64,000 bases of DNA from Acidimicrobiia bacterium (GTDB lineage Bacteria > Actinomycetota > Acidimicrobiia > Spongiisociales > ZC4RG35), in contig DASTOM010000024.1 in assembly GCA_035762545.1 (NCBI GenBank), positions 1,007-65,006 on the forward strand, in the 5' to 3' direction. Every line of letters starts with the position of its first letter. Within the stretch, counting starts at the first letter, position 1. The position numbers and the translations under genes were made by a program. Below the pieces are notes generated by a model. It was given only the letters and a program-made list of their open reading frames with translations, ran no database searches and was not told where the DNA came from. This document shows, piece by piece, positions 17,477 through 31,403 of the stretch.

Positions 17477-18389
17477 CATCCATCGGGTGGGCGTCGTCGG
17501 GGCGCGAGGGCACACGGGGGCGGAGTTGCTCCGGATCATCGAGCGCCACCCGTACCTCGATCTCGTATTCGCCGGGTCCCGAGAGTTGGCGGGTGAGCCG
17601 GTCCCCTCGTTCGACCATCTCATTTTCGAGAACCTCGGACCCGAGGACGTCGCGGCGAAAGACCTGGACGCGGTGTTTCTCGCCCTGCCCGACGGCATCG
17701 GCGGGCCCTGGGTCGAGGCCACCTCCTCGGACACAGTGATCGTCGACATCTCCGCCGACCATCGATTCGGCGATTGGGTCTACGGTCTGCCAGAGCTGTT
17801 CCGGGAAAAGATCGCCGGTGCACGGCGGATCGCCAACCCCGGTTGCTACGCAACGACGCTGCAGCTGGCGATAGCTCCGTTCGTCGACGATCTCGACGGG
17901 GTGCCAACCGTCTTCGGCGTCAGCGGGTACTCGGGGGCGGGGACAACTCCGTCTCCCCGCAACGACCCCGAAAACCTCAAGGACAACCTCATCCCCTACA
18001 AGCTCACCGGGCACAACCACGAGCGGGAGGGTGCGCTGCACCTCGGCACAGCCGTTCGCTTCATGCCCCACGTCCATCCGGCGTTCCGGGGGATCCTGTG
18101 CACTGTCCACATGCCGTTGTCGGCTGCCACCACGGTCGAGGAGGCCCACACCCGCCTCGTCGAGGCCTATGCCGCCGAGCCGCTGGTTGAAGTTCAGGAG
18201 GAGATCCCCACCCTCAGGGACGGGACCGGGCTGATCGGCGTCCTCCTTGGAGGGACCACCGTCAGTGAGGACGGTGTGGGGCTCACCGTTGTTGCTGCCG
18301 AGGACAACCTGCTGAAAGGCGCCGCCGTCCAGGCGGTGCAGAACCTGAATCTCGCGCTCGGAATCCCCGAGACATCAGGAATCCTGTGA
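17469..18389 (+). CDS. argC: N-acetyl-gamma-glutamyl-phosphate reductase
   Basis: VGVVGARGHTGAELLR, active-site NPGCYATT, GAAVQAVQNLNL. Overlaps the upstream gene by 8 nt. Confidence 0.92.
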   Translation: MPDIHRVGVVGARGHTGAELLRIIERHPYLDLVFAGSRELAGEPVPSFDHLIFENLGPEDVAAKDLDAVFLALPDGIGGPWVEATSSDTVIVDISADHRFGDWVYGLPELFREKIAGARRIANPGCYATTLQLAIAPFVDDLDGVPTVFGVSGYSGAGTTPSPRNDPENLKDNLIPYKLTGHNHEREGALHLGTAVRFMPHVHPAFRGILCTVHMPLSAATTVEEAHTRLVEAYAAEPLVEVQEEIPTLRDGTGLIGVLLGGTTVSEDGVGLTVVAAEDNLLKGAAVQAVQNLNLALGIPETSGIL

Positions 18390-19012
18390 CAGACCACGAG
18401 ACCGGGATAACCGTCGTGGGGCGGGGCACCGCCGATGCCACCCCTGACATTGCCCGGGTCGACCTCGGAGTCTCGGTGAGGGCCGACTCGGTTTCCGAGG
18501 CGAATGCCATGGCGACCGAGCGTGCCGCCTCCTTGATCGAAGCTGTGAAGAATGCCGGGGTCGACGCGGCAGACATCTCGACGACGGGATACAACGTCCA
18601 TCCCGAGTACGACCACGTCGAGGGACGACAGAGACTCCTTGGCTACCGGGTGAGCAACGACCTCCAGGTGGTCCTGCGCGACCTGAGCAACTCGGGCGTG
18701 ATCCTCGACGAGGCACTGTCGGCCGCCGGTGACGAGGCGACCGTCAACGGGTTCACACTTGCGATCAGCGAGGAAGCGCCGGCGAGAGACAGCGCCCGTG
18801 AAGCAGCTTGGGCTGACGCCAAGCGGCGGGCCGAGCAGCTGGCCGGACTCGCCGGTCGCAGCCTCGGAGCCGTGGTCAGCATCGTCGAGAGCAGCGGCTC
18901 CTCACTGCCGCCACGACCGATGCTGCGTATGGCGATGGCCGAGGCCACACCGATCGAGGCGGGAAGCCAGTCGATCTCGGTTGTCGTGGAAGTCCGGTTC
19001 GAACTGGTCTGA
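18386..19012 (+). CDS. SIMPL/DUF541 domain protein
   Basis: GITVVGRGTADATPDIARVDLGV...GYRVSNDLQVVLRD...PIEAGSQSISVVVEVRFEL. GTGA overlap with the argC stop. Confidence 0.75.
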   Translation: MTDHETGITVVGRGTADATPDIARVDLGVSVRADSVSEANAMATERAASLIEAVKNAGVDAADISTTGYNVHPEYDHVEGRQRLLGYRVSNDLQVVLRDLSNSGVILDEALSAAGDEATVNGFTLAISEEAPARDSAREAAWADAKRRAEQLAGLAGRSLGAVVSIVESSGSSLPPRPMLRMAMAEATPIEAGSQSISVVVEVRFELV

Positions 19013-22000
19013 TCAGCCGACCTTCGGGGCAGGCATCGTCGGTGGCTTTGCTGCCGGCCTTTCCTCCAACTGGCGGAGAGCCTCCTCCATGGCACGGTCG
19101 AGCTGGGGGTCGGCATCTGAGAAGTAGTCGGCTGGGCTGTGGATCACCTCGATGTCAGGGTCGACACCGTGGTTCTCCACACCCCAGTCCTTGCCCTGGA
19201 GCCAGAAGGCGTACCTCGGTTGGGTGACCGACGTCCCGTCGACCAGGTCGAAACGACCGTCGATGCCGACGACTCCTCCCCAGGTGCGTACCCCGACGAC
19301 GGGTCCGATCCCTACTGCCTGTGAGGCGGCATTGATGATGTCCCCGTCGGATCCGGAGTACTCGTTGGCAACAAGGACCACTGGGCCACGGGGAGCCGCG
19401 TCGGGATAGCTGGCAGGCTCTGCGTAGTGCCGGCCGACAGTCCAGCCGACGAGTTCCTTGGTCAGTCGAGCCAGAACCAGCTGGCTGGTGTGACCGCCCC
19501 GGTTGTATCTGACATCGACGATCAACCCCTCACGTCGGGACGCATGCCGCAGGTCCCGATGGAGCTGAGCCCAACCGGACCCCATCATGTCGGGCACGTG
19601 GACATAGCCAAGTCGCCCCCCGGAGTGCTCGGTCACGTACGCGCGGCGGGACCGCACCCAGTCCTGATATCGCAGGACCTCCTCGTCGTCGAGCGGTACG
19701 ACCACGACACGTCGGTTCTTGCCTTTGCGGCGGAGCACCAACTCGACCGGTTTGCCCGCCGCACCCATGAGCCTCGTGTTGGGGCCAAACGCCAGATCGA
19801 CGGGTGCTCCGTCGACAGCGACGATCAAGTCCCCGACCCGTGCGTCGACACCGGCTGCCCGCAGCGGGGATCTGGCCTCCGGGTCGCTCGACTCTCCCGG
19901 GAGGATCCGATCGATCCGCCAGCCCTTCCTGGCGGGCGAGAGGTCGGCCCCGAGAAGCCCGATGCGGCGACCTTTGTCGCCGGGCGGATCAGTGGGTATC
20001 ACATAGGCGTGGGAGGTGTTCAGCTCGCCGACGGTCTCCCAGAGCAGGTCGACGAGGTCATCGTGGCTGCCGAGGGTCTCCACGACCGGGCGCCAACGAT
20101 CGACCACCTCCGCCCAGTCGACCCCGTCCATGTCCTCGCGCCAGAAGTGATCGCGCATGAGGCGGGCGTTCTCGTCGAACATCTGCGCCCACTCGACCCG
20201 AGGCGATACCTCGAAACGGAGACGGCTGAGATCGACGCGGACCAGACTGGGGTCGTCTTCCTTCGGCTTCTGATCGGCCGGGCTGACCGTGACCGTGTCC
20301 TTGTGCCTGACAACGAGCTTCGTCCCGTCACCCGAGACGGCATAGAAGCTGACCTTGTCGGCCACGGTCTCGACTGCACGCTTCGAGAACGACCAGAGCT
20401 GGAGCCTGTCCGGAGTCGGATCCCCTTTGACGCCGGCACGTCGACTCCCCAGCGCCCCGGTCTCGCCGGCTTCCTCGATCCAGAGCACGCCGGCCCTGCA
20501 GGTGGCGAGTCGCCGGTAGTCACCCGACCTGACTGGGAACGGGACCGCCCGGTCCTCCGCCCCCTCTGCATCGAGGTCGGGGCTCACCGGTGCGCCTTCC
20601 CCCTCTTCGTCTTCACCCCTTTCCTCCTTGGGTGGGTCGCTGATCCGCCAACCCTCGGCGCTCGGCCCGAATGGGGGCGGTTCCGTGGCCGAAATCGGGA
20701 TCAGCCATGGTCTCGTCGTCCCACCGAAGCTGAGGGCGAACTCATGACTGTCGTAGGTGGGGTCGAACGTCCGCTCGGACAGGAACACCACGTGTTTTCC
20801 GTCGAAGGAGAACGCCGGGTCGTGGTCGTGAAACGTCCCCGAAGTCAGGGCGACTGCATCTCGCTTCGCCGACGTGTCGAGAATCATCAGGTGATGGAGC
20901 TCGGCCCCGGTCGCAGTGGGTTGCGACCAGAGCAGGTAACGCCCGTCGGGCGAGAAGCTCGGTGACGTAGCCTCGCCCCGAGGGGAGTGCGCAACCTCCC
21001 GCACCGGCTTCTTGGCGCCGTCCGCCAAGTCGACCAGGAGGATGCGGCCGTCGTGCGTGATCACCGCCACTCGCTCACCGGCGGGGTCGGCGGCGAGATG
21101 GAGCACGCGTCCCAGCTTTCCCGCTCCGATCCTCCGCGTCTCACTCTCCCCGAGCAGGTGCTGTATTTCGAGGGAATCCTCCCCGTCGGCGTCAGTGACG
21201 AACGCTCCGTATCCGGACTGTCCCAACACCACCGGCTCCCGCGCCCTGATGCGGGAGTCGACGAGGAGCCCCCGCGCCGGTCCTTCCCGATGGGTCAGCC
21301 AGAAGACGTTGCCACGCCAACCCACCAGGCTGGCATCACCACCGTGGTCGGGGCTGATCCTGACCAGATTCCTGGTCGCCTTGGCGAGGAATGGCTCCGG
21401 AGAGCCGCCGGGAACCGTGATGTCCAGTGGTGTCGGGTCGGCGTCGACACCGTCGAGCAGCCAGATCGTGCCCCGACTGTGCCAGACGACACGCCGGCCA
21501 TCGGTGCTTGCGTCCCGAACGTATCCCTCGCCCGGACCCTGATCGGTGACCTGCCTGGCCTCGCCGTCGAGGTCGTCGAAGATCCACAGGTTCGCCTGGG
21601 CCGACGCCTGGTCTCTCGATCCGGGAAGACTTGCGGCGCGATCCGAGACGAAGGCGAGTCTGTCGCCCAGCCACATCGGATCGACGAGCGACGCCGGCTC
21701 CTCGCCAAGGAGGCGTTCCCATTCCCCGGTGCCTGCCCGGTCCAACCACAGCCGCGGAGCGGAGCCTCCCCGGTACCGTTTCCACCAGGCCGGGGGTCGC
21801 GAGCCGGGCGTGACCAGAGCGGTGGCGCCGTCCTCGCGGAGCGCGACGCCCCATGAGGGGCCATAGGAGAGCCGCTCCACTGCCCCGTCGAGGCCGACCG
21901 ACTTGACCACCAGATCGCGGAGGTTCTTCTCGCCAGCATGTGAGGCGGCGAGCACACGACCGTCACCGGTCCAGCCGAGGACCAGGGTGTTCTTGGCCCC

Positions 22001-22252
22001 CCACCACGTGAGGCGGCGCGGAGATTCGTCGCCGCCGGTGGCGACCACGAACACTTCGGGTTGACCGTTCCTGAAAGACACGAAGGCAACGTGTTCGCCA
22101 TCAGGGGAGAAGCGAGGTGACCGGATCGGTTGCTTGTCGTCGGTGAGACGCCATGCCCTGCCTCCGGCGATGGGAGCTAGCCACAGGTCGTCGGCGGCTA
22201 CGAAAGCGACGAGGTCGCCGTGAATGTGCGGATATCTGAGGTAAGTGGCCAC
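19013..22252 (-). CDS. tricorn protease homologue (S41-family, beta-propeller + PDZ + peptidase)
   Basis: 1079 aa. LRYPHIHGDLVAFVAADDLWLAPIAGG, repeated propeller blades, C-terminal VDVRYNRGGHTSQ / NEYSGSDGD catalytic region. Confidence 0.88.
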   Translation of the reverse strand: MATYLRYPHIHGDLVAFVAADDLWLAPIAGGRAWRLTDDKQPIRSPRFSPDGEHVAFVSFRNGQPEVFVVATGGDESPRRLTWWGAKNTLVLGWTGDGRVLAASHAGEKNLRDLVVKSVGLDGAVERLSYGPSWGVALREDGATALVTPGSRPPAWWKRYRGGSAPRLWLDRAGTGEWERLLGEEPASLVDPMWLGDRLAFVSDRAASLPGSRDQASAQANLWIFDDLDGEARQVTDQGPGEGYVRDASTDGRRVVWHSRGTIWLLDGVDADPTPLDITVPGGSPEPFLAKATRNLVRISPDHGGDASLVGWRGNVFWLTHREGPARGLLVDSRIRAREPVVLGQSGYGAFVTDADGEDSLEIQHLLGESETRRIGAGKLGRVLHLAADPAGERVAVITHDGRILLVDLADGAKKPVREVAHSPRGEATSPSFSPDGRYLLWSQPTATGAELHHLMILDTSAKRDAVALTSGTFHDHDPAFSFDGKHVVFLSERTFDPTYDSHEFALSFGGTTRPWLIPISATEPPPFGPSAEGWRISDPPKEERGEDEEGEGAPVSPDLDAEGAEDRAVPFPVRSGDYRRLATCRAGVLWIEEAGETGALGSRRAGVKGDPTPDRLQLWSFSKRAVETVADKVSFYAVSGDGTKLVVRHKDTVTVSPADQKPKEDDPSLVRVDLSRLRFEVSPRVEWAQMFDENARLMRDHFWREDMDGVDWAEVVDRWRPVVETLGSHDDLVDLLWETVGELNTSHAYVIPTDPPGDKGRRIGLLGADLSPARKGWRIDRILPGESSDPEARSPLRAAGVDARVGDLIVAVDGAPVDLAFGPNTRLMGAAGKPVELVLRRKGKNRRVVVVPLDDEEVLRYQDWVRSRRAYVTEHSGGRLGYVHVPDMMGSGWAQLHRDLRHASRREGLIVDVRYNRGGHTSQLVLARLTKELVGWTVGRHYAEPASYPDAAPRGPVVLVANEYSGSDGDIINAASQAVGIGPVVGVRTWGGVVGIDGRFDLVDGTSVTQPRYAFWLQGKDWGVENHGVDPDIEVIHSPADYFSDADPQLDRAMEEALRQLEERPAAKPPTMPAPKVG

Positions 22253-22286
22253 CCGGCCACGTTAACCCCGGGCCGGAAACTGACCC

Positions 22287-22796
22287 TCAGCGCAACATCC
22301 GGCCAAGCGCGGCAAACCGAAGCATGTGGGCTTGGCCGGCGTGCAGGGCATACTCATCGACCATCTTTATCAGGGTGGCCCCAAGTGGCAGCCCGTGCCC
22401 GGCCCCCGGGCTGTCCAGGTCGGGCATCGCCGCGATGGCGACGTCGGCTCTCTCCAACTCAGCCATGTAGAGCCCCACGTCCAAGGTCACCGTATCGACA
22501 CCTCCCCCGGCGTAGTCGTCCTCCCCATGGACCAAGTGACGCTCACCGCCTCCGAGACCCCAGCTGAGATAGACATGCTCCATCTGTGTCATATGCCGGA
22601 CCAGGCCAAGTACCGACAGTTCTACCGGAGGGACGGACCACTCGGCCAGTTGCTCGTCGCTGAGGTCGCGCAGCTTTCGTTGGAACTCATGACGTTGGTA
22701 GTGCAACCAACCGGTCAGCAGGGTGCGCATGTCGGAGCCGGGCTCGGGCTCGTTCGCAGGACCGAACCCGAAGAGTGAGGCTACGGATGAAGTCAT
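22287..22796 (-). CDS. DinB/DUF664-family protein
   Basis: LLTGWLHYQRHEFQRKLRDLSDEQL...LVRHMTQMEH...MVDEYALHAGQAHMLR (His-rich four-helix DinB pattern). Confidence 0.7.
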   Translation of the reverse strand: MTSSVASLFGFGPANEPEPGSDMRTLLTGWLHYQRHEFQRKLRDLSDEQLAEWSVPPVELSVLGLVRHMTQMEHVYLSWGLGGGERHLVHGEDDYAGGGVDTVTLDVGLYMAELERADVAIAAMPDLDSPGAGHGLPLGATLIKMVDEYALHAGQAHMLRFAALGRMLR

Positions 22797-22839
22797 GGAC
22801 GACGAGTTCTACTCGCGCCACAACTAGCTTGACGCCTCC

Positions 22840-24150
22840 ATGACTTACACCGCAGTCGAACTGATCGAGATGAAACGGGATGGTCACGCACTGCCCGATG
22901 ACGCCATCGAGTGGCTGATCCGCGCCTACACCGACGGCGATGTGCCGGACTACCAGATGTCGGCCCTAGCCATGGCGATCCTCTTCAACGGGATGACCCC
23001 CGACGAGCTCGCCACCTGGACGAGAGCCATGCTCGAGTCCGGAGAGGTGATGGATTTCTCCGACATCGCAGCCAGCAAGGTGGACAAACACTCCACCGGG
23101 GGTGTCGGCGACAAGATCTCGATACCGCTGGCGCCCCTGGTGGCAGCGTGTGGGGTCGCCGTCCCGATGATGTCGGGCCGCGGGTTGGGCCACACCGGGG
23201 GCACGCTCGACAAGCTTGAGTCGATCCCCGGCTTCGTAACCGGGCTCGATCCCGATCGGTTCAGAGGGATCCTGACGGAGCACGGCGTGGTTCTCGCCGG
23301 TCAGTCGGGCAGTCTGGCCCCCGCGGATCAGAAGCTCTATGCGCTGCGCGATGTCTCTGGCACCGTTCCGTCGATCCCGCTGATCGCCAGCTCGATCATG
23401 TCCAAGAAGCTCGCCGAGGGCCTCGATGGCCTCCTGCTCGACGTGAAGACGGGCGCCGGGGCTCTCATGAAGGATATCGAGCAGTCACGGGAGCTGGCGC
23501 ACACGATGGTCGGGATCGGAGAGTCCTACGGGGTCAAGACAATCGCATTCATCACATCCATGGAACAGCCCCTGGGCAGCGAGGTGGGGAACGCCAACGA
23601 GATCCGAGAATCCATCGACGTGCTGAGTGGGGGCGGCCCTGCGGACGTCATCGAGCTCACCATGACATTTGCCGAGGCCATGCTGGTTCTCGGTGGGGTT
23701 GACGGTGGTCGGGCCCGCCTGAGCCAGGCGATCGAGTCGGGCGCCGCCCTCGACAAGTTCATCGAGGTCACGATTGCCCACGGGGGAGATCCGAGAGTGA
23801 TCGAAGACCCATCCTTGCTGGCCATGGCCCCGGAAGAGGCGGTGATCGCCGCTCCATACGGCGGGTATGTGACCCGCTGCGACGCCCTGACCATCGGCTC
23901 CGCTGGTGTCAGGCTCGGGGCAGGACGGGCCGAGAAGGACGACGTAATCGATCCCGGTGTCGGCATCAGCGTCAGAGCCAAGCTCGGAGACATGGTGTCT
24001 GCCGGTGATCCTTTGGCGGTCGTGCGCTACACCGAAGAGTCACGCTGGGCCGATCAAAGATCACGTCTCGCCTCTGCCTGGGAGATATCCGAGGAGAGAC
24101 GACCGCCACCACCCCTGATCACACAGCGCATCGACGCCACCACTTTTTGA
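22840..24150 (+). CDS. deoA: thymidine (pyrimidine-nucleoside) phosphorylase
   Basis: 436 aa. VDKHSTGGVGDKISIPLAP, MSGRGLGHTGGTLDKLESIPG, IPLIASSIMSKK. Confidence 0.93.
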   Translation: MTYTAVELIEMKRDGHALPDDAIEWLIRAYTDGDVPDYQMSALAMAILFNGMTPDELATWTRAMLESGEVMDFSDIAASKVDKHSTGGVGDKISIPLAPLVAACGVAVPMMSGRGLGHTGGTLDKLESIPGFVTGLDPDRFRGILTEHGVVLAGQSGSLAPADQKLYALRDVSGTVPSIPLIASSIMSKKLAEGLDGLLLDVKTGAGALMKDIEQSRELAHTMVGIGESYGVKTIAFITSMEQPLGSEVGNANEIRESIDVLSGGGPADVIELTMTFAEAMLVLGGVDGGRARLSQAIESGAALDKFIEVTIAHGGDPRVIEDPSLLAMAPEEAVIAAPYGGYVTRCDALTIGSAGVRLGAGRAEKDDVIDPGVGISVRAKLGDMVSAGDPLAVVRYTEESRWADQRSRLASAWEISEERRPPPPLITQRIDATTF

Positions 24151-24217
24151 GCGAATACTCAAGTGTGAAGGCAGTAGTTACCATCGCAGCGGCAATCAAC
24201 CAACAGGAGATGCGGAA

Positions 24218-24976
24218 ATGAAGGTCGTCGTCTGCGTGAAGCAGATCCCCGACCCCGCCACCCCGTACAAGCTCGAGGAAGGCACCAACTGGCTGGTTCG
24301 GCCGTCGGAGCAGGTTCTCGATGACACCGATAGGTACGGAGTGGAGATGGGCCTACAACTCGCCCAGGCCAACGAGGGCACAGTGACCCTGGTGAGCATG
24401 GGTCCGGCCGGGAACGCGCAGGGCATTCGTCAGGCGCTGGCGATGGGTGCCGACAAGGCGGTGATGGTCGAGGACGACGGCCTCCGCGGCTCCGATGCTC
24501 TCACCACCGCTCGTGTCCTGGCGAAGGCTATCCAGAACGAGGGATTCGACCTGGTGATCGCCGGCACCGAGTCCACCGACGGCTACTCCGGGGTGGTGCC
24601 TCAGATGCTGTCTGAGTTGCTCGACGCTCCTGCTCTCACCTATGCCACCAAGGTGGAGACCGACGGTTCTGCGGTGACCATCCATCGCCAAACCGCAGCC
24701 GGTTACGACGTTGTTGAGTCCGATCTCCCCGCGGTGGTGTCGGTGACCGCCGGTGTGGTCGAGCCCCGCTACCCGACCTTCAAGGGGATCATGGACGCCA
24801 AGAAGAAGCCGGTAGAGACCCTGACTCTGGGTGACCTCGATGTCGACAAGGCCGATGGCCAGAAGGTGGCGTCCATCACCGACGCACCCGAGCGTTCCGC
24901 CGGCCGCAAGGTCGAAGACGACGGAGAAGCGTTCAACGAGATCATCACCCTGCTCCAGCAGAGGAAGGTGATCTGA
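24218..24976 (+). CDS. etfB: electron transfer flavoprotein subunit beta
   Basis: MKVVVCVKQIPD..., 252 aa, immediately followed by etfA. Confidence 0.93.
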   Translation: MKVVVCVKQIPDPATPYKLEEGTNWLVRPSEQVLDDTDRYGVEMGLQLAQANEGTVTLVSMGPAGNAQGIRQALAMGADKAVMVEDDGLRGSDALTTARVLAKAIQNEGFDLVIAGTESTDGYSGVVPQMLSELLDAPALTYATKVETDGSAVTIHRQTAAGYDVVESDLPAVVSVTAGVVEPRYPTFKGIMDAKKKPVETLTLGDLDVDKADGQKVASITDAPERSAGRKVEDDGEAFNEIITLLQQRKVI

Positions 24977-24977
24977 G

Positions 24978-25925
24978 ATGGCCAATGTCTGGGTGTTCGT
25001 CGAAGAGACCAACGGCGCACCATCGACTCTGGGCCTCGAACTGCTCACCAAGGCCCGTGACCTCGGTGAGACAACCGCCATCTATCTGGGAGCAGGTGGG
25101 GACGAGGCGTTCTCGACGCTCGGCGCCCACGGGGCTGCATCGGTGCTGCACGCCAACGCCGGTGACCGGCTTCCATCGGGACCGGTCGCTGCGGCGCTGG
25201 CTGAGAAAGCCGCAGCAGACTCCCCCGACCTGATCCTCTTCGGACAGGCTTACACCGACCGCGACATCGCCGGCAGGCTCGCCGCCAGACTCGGCGTGGG
25301 AGTCCTCTCAAATGCCTCCGACGTTCGGGTCACCGGTGACGGAGTCGAGGCCGATCACGAGATCTTCGGTGGCGCCCAGGTGGCCACGGCGGCAATGAGC
25401 GGCGGCCCGCACATCGTTCTGGTCCGCCCCAAGTCCTTCACCGCCCAGCCGTCAGACGGAGGAACACCGTCGGTTGCCGTGCTCGACCTGCCCGACGCGG
25501 GCAAGTCCGAGGCCAAGGTCACCGAGTCACACGTCGAGGAACGGGAAGGGCCTCAACTCGGAGATGCGGCCGTCGTTGTCTCAGGCGGCAGGGGACTTGG
25601 ATCACCCGAGGCGTACGAACTCGTCGAGAAGCTGGCCAAGCCCTTGGGCGCCGCCACCGGGGCCACCCGCGCCATAGTCGACGCCGGTTGGGTCCCCTAC
25701 GCCAAACAGGTTGGTCAGACGGGCAAGACCGTCAAGCCCGATATCTACATCGCCTGCGGCATCTCAGGCGCCATGCAGCACCTCGTCGGGATGAAGGATT
25801 CGGCGACCATCATCGCCATCAACAAAGACCCCGACGCCCCGATCTTCTCGGTGGCAGACCTCGGCATCGTCGGAGACCTCCACAAGGTCCTCCCCCAGCT
25901 GATCGAGGCCCTGGAGAACAGGTAG
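24978..25925 (+). CDS. etfA: electron transfer flavoprotein subunit alpha
   Basis: 315 aa. FAD-binding tail [28 protein letters not shown]...[13 protein letters not shown]. Confidence 0.93.
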   Translation: MANVWVFVEETNGAPSTLGLELLTKARDLGETTAIYLGAGGDEAFSTLGAHGAASVLHANAGDRLPSGPVAAALAEKAAADSPDLILFGQAYTDRDIAGRLAARLGVGVLSNASDVRVTGDGVEADHEIFGGAQVATAAMSGGPHIVLVRPKSFTAQPSDGGTPSVAVLDLPDAGKSEAKVTESHVEEREGPQLGDAAVVVSGGRGLGSPEAYELVEKLAKPLGAATGATRAIVDAGWVPYAKQVGQTGKTVKPDIYIACGISGAMQHLVGMKDSATIIAINKDPDAPIFSVADLGIVGDLHKVLPQLIEALENR

Positions 25926-25941
25926 AGGCGGCCGGTCTCGG

Positions 25942-30315
<4,374 letters not shown>

Positions 30316-30451
30316 GAGGCTCCTCAGAGGAACGGCAGATCATAGAGTCCGAAGCTCGATTCTCTAGATTCGAACCATGGCCATCGACCCTGCATATCGC
30401 ACACAGAGGGGCCTCACCGATTAGATGCGCGGCCTGGTTCAAGGACCTGGG

Positions 30452-30961
30452 CTAAACGGGGAAGTTCTTCTCCCCCGCCTCGACGGGGACCTGCATCCAG
30501 TTGCCCGGGGGTGGGATCGGGCACGACCATCCGTCGCTGTACACGCACGACGGGTTGTAGGCCAGATTGAAGTCGATGGTCAAGGTCCCGTCCTCGTTCG
30601 GTTCGAGATCGAGATAACGACCCGCACCGTATGTGGAATGTCCCGATGTGGCGTCACGGAACGGCAGGAACAAGCCGTGCACCGTCTCGTACACCGTCAA
30701 CTCGACCGGTTGACCGGCGATCTCGAAAGACACCGTCCCGAAGTTGGAGTAGACCTTCTCTCGATCGTCCGACGTCTGGACCCGCACTTCACTCCCATCG
30801 CCGGGCTCGACGGACGTCGTGAACACCAGGTCGGGGTTGGGATCGAAGTATGCGAGACCTTCGAAGTCGGAGTGATCGCCAGGACCGAGCGGCGTGTTCT
30901 GCCCGGTGCGGAAGAACTCGTCCTTCTGTCTCCGGAACTCGATCAGTTCGGCGGTCTCCAT
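30452..30961 (-). CDS. DUF1684 domain protein
   Basis: Internal ATG 30961 of track ORF 30452..31378: METAELIEFRRQKDEFFRTGQNTPL...LAYFDPNPD...GAGRYLDLEP...FNLAYNPSCVYSDGWSCPIPP. The upstream part of the track ORF is Arg/Pro-rich and overlaps cdd. Confidence 0.8.
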   Translation of the reverse strand: METAELIEFRRQKDEFFRTGQNTPLGPGDHSDFEGLAYFDPNPDLVFTTSVEPGDGSEVRVQTSDDREKVYSNFGTVSFEIAGQPVELTVYETVHGLFLPFRDATSGHSTYGAGRYLDLEPNEDGTLTIDFNLAYNPSCVYSDGWSCPIPPPGNWMQVPVEAGEKNFPV

Positions 30962-31010
30962 TGCGCAGACAACCGAAGCCGATCGGACACCATTCCGCAA
31001 GGCCGGGCCG

Positions 31011-31403
31011 CTAGAGATTGAAACGGTGCGGGAGGAGGTCGTCGAGAGTGTGCTCGCGGACGGTGCCGTCTCCGGAGGTGACGACCACTCGGTCGACATC
31101 GAACTCGGACATGATCTGCCGGCAGCGACCACACGGATAGGCCCCCTCGATGTCGGTTGAGTCGGGGCAGGACACGGCAACGGTGTCGATCTTGCGGACT
31201 CCATGGGACACGGCACTGTTGATGGCGGTGGCCTCGGCGCAGGTCCCGGAGGGATAAGCAGCGTTCTCCACGTTGGCCCCGGTGAATACCTCGCCCGCGT
31301 CACCGACGACGACTGCACCGACACGGAAGTTGGAGTACGGCGAGTAGGAGCCTTCGGCAGCGGCGCGGGCCGCCTCAACCAGTTGTTCTGTTGACATTGT
31401 CAT
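31011..31403 (-). CDS. cdd: cytidine deaminase
   Basis: 130 aa. Zinc ligand motifs CAEATAI and PCGRCRQ. Confidence 0.92.
   Translation of the reverse strand: MTMSTEQLVEAARAAAEGSYSPYSNFRVGAVVVGDAGEVFTGANVENAAYPSGTCAEATAINSAVSHGVRKIDTVAVSCPDSTDIEGAYPCGRCRQIMSEFDVDRVVVTSGDGTVREHTLDDLLPHRFNL

Noticed and set aside
30366-30376. GGTTCGAATCT (minus strand), which resembles a tRNA T-loop.
   Set aside because: The flanking bases do not form a T-stem, and no acceptor or anticodon arms can be drawn.
30385-30445. ATCGACCCTGCATATCGC, resembling the left arm of the hairpin family, in the gltB upstream region.
   Set aside because: No complementary TGCAGG(G/T)TCG right arm is present at the expected 25-nt distance. 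At best it is a decayed copy.
30962-31378. 5' extension of track ORF 30452..31378, overlapping cdd in another frame.
   Set aside because: The composition is Pro/Arg/Ser-rich with no homology. DUF1684 homology starts at Met 30961, and cdd fully explains this DNA.
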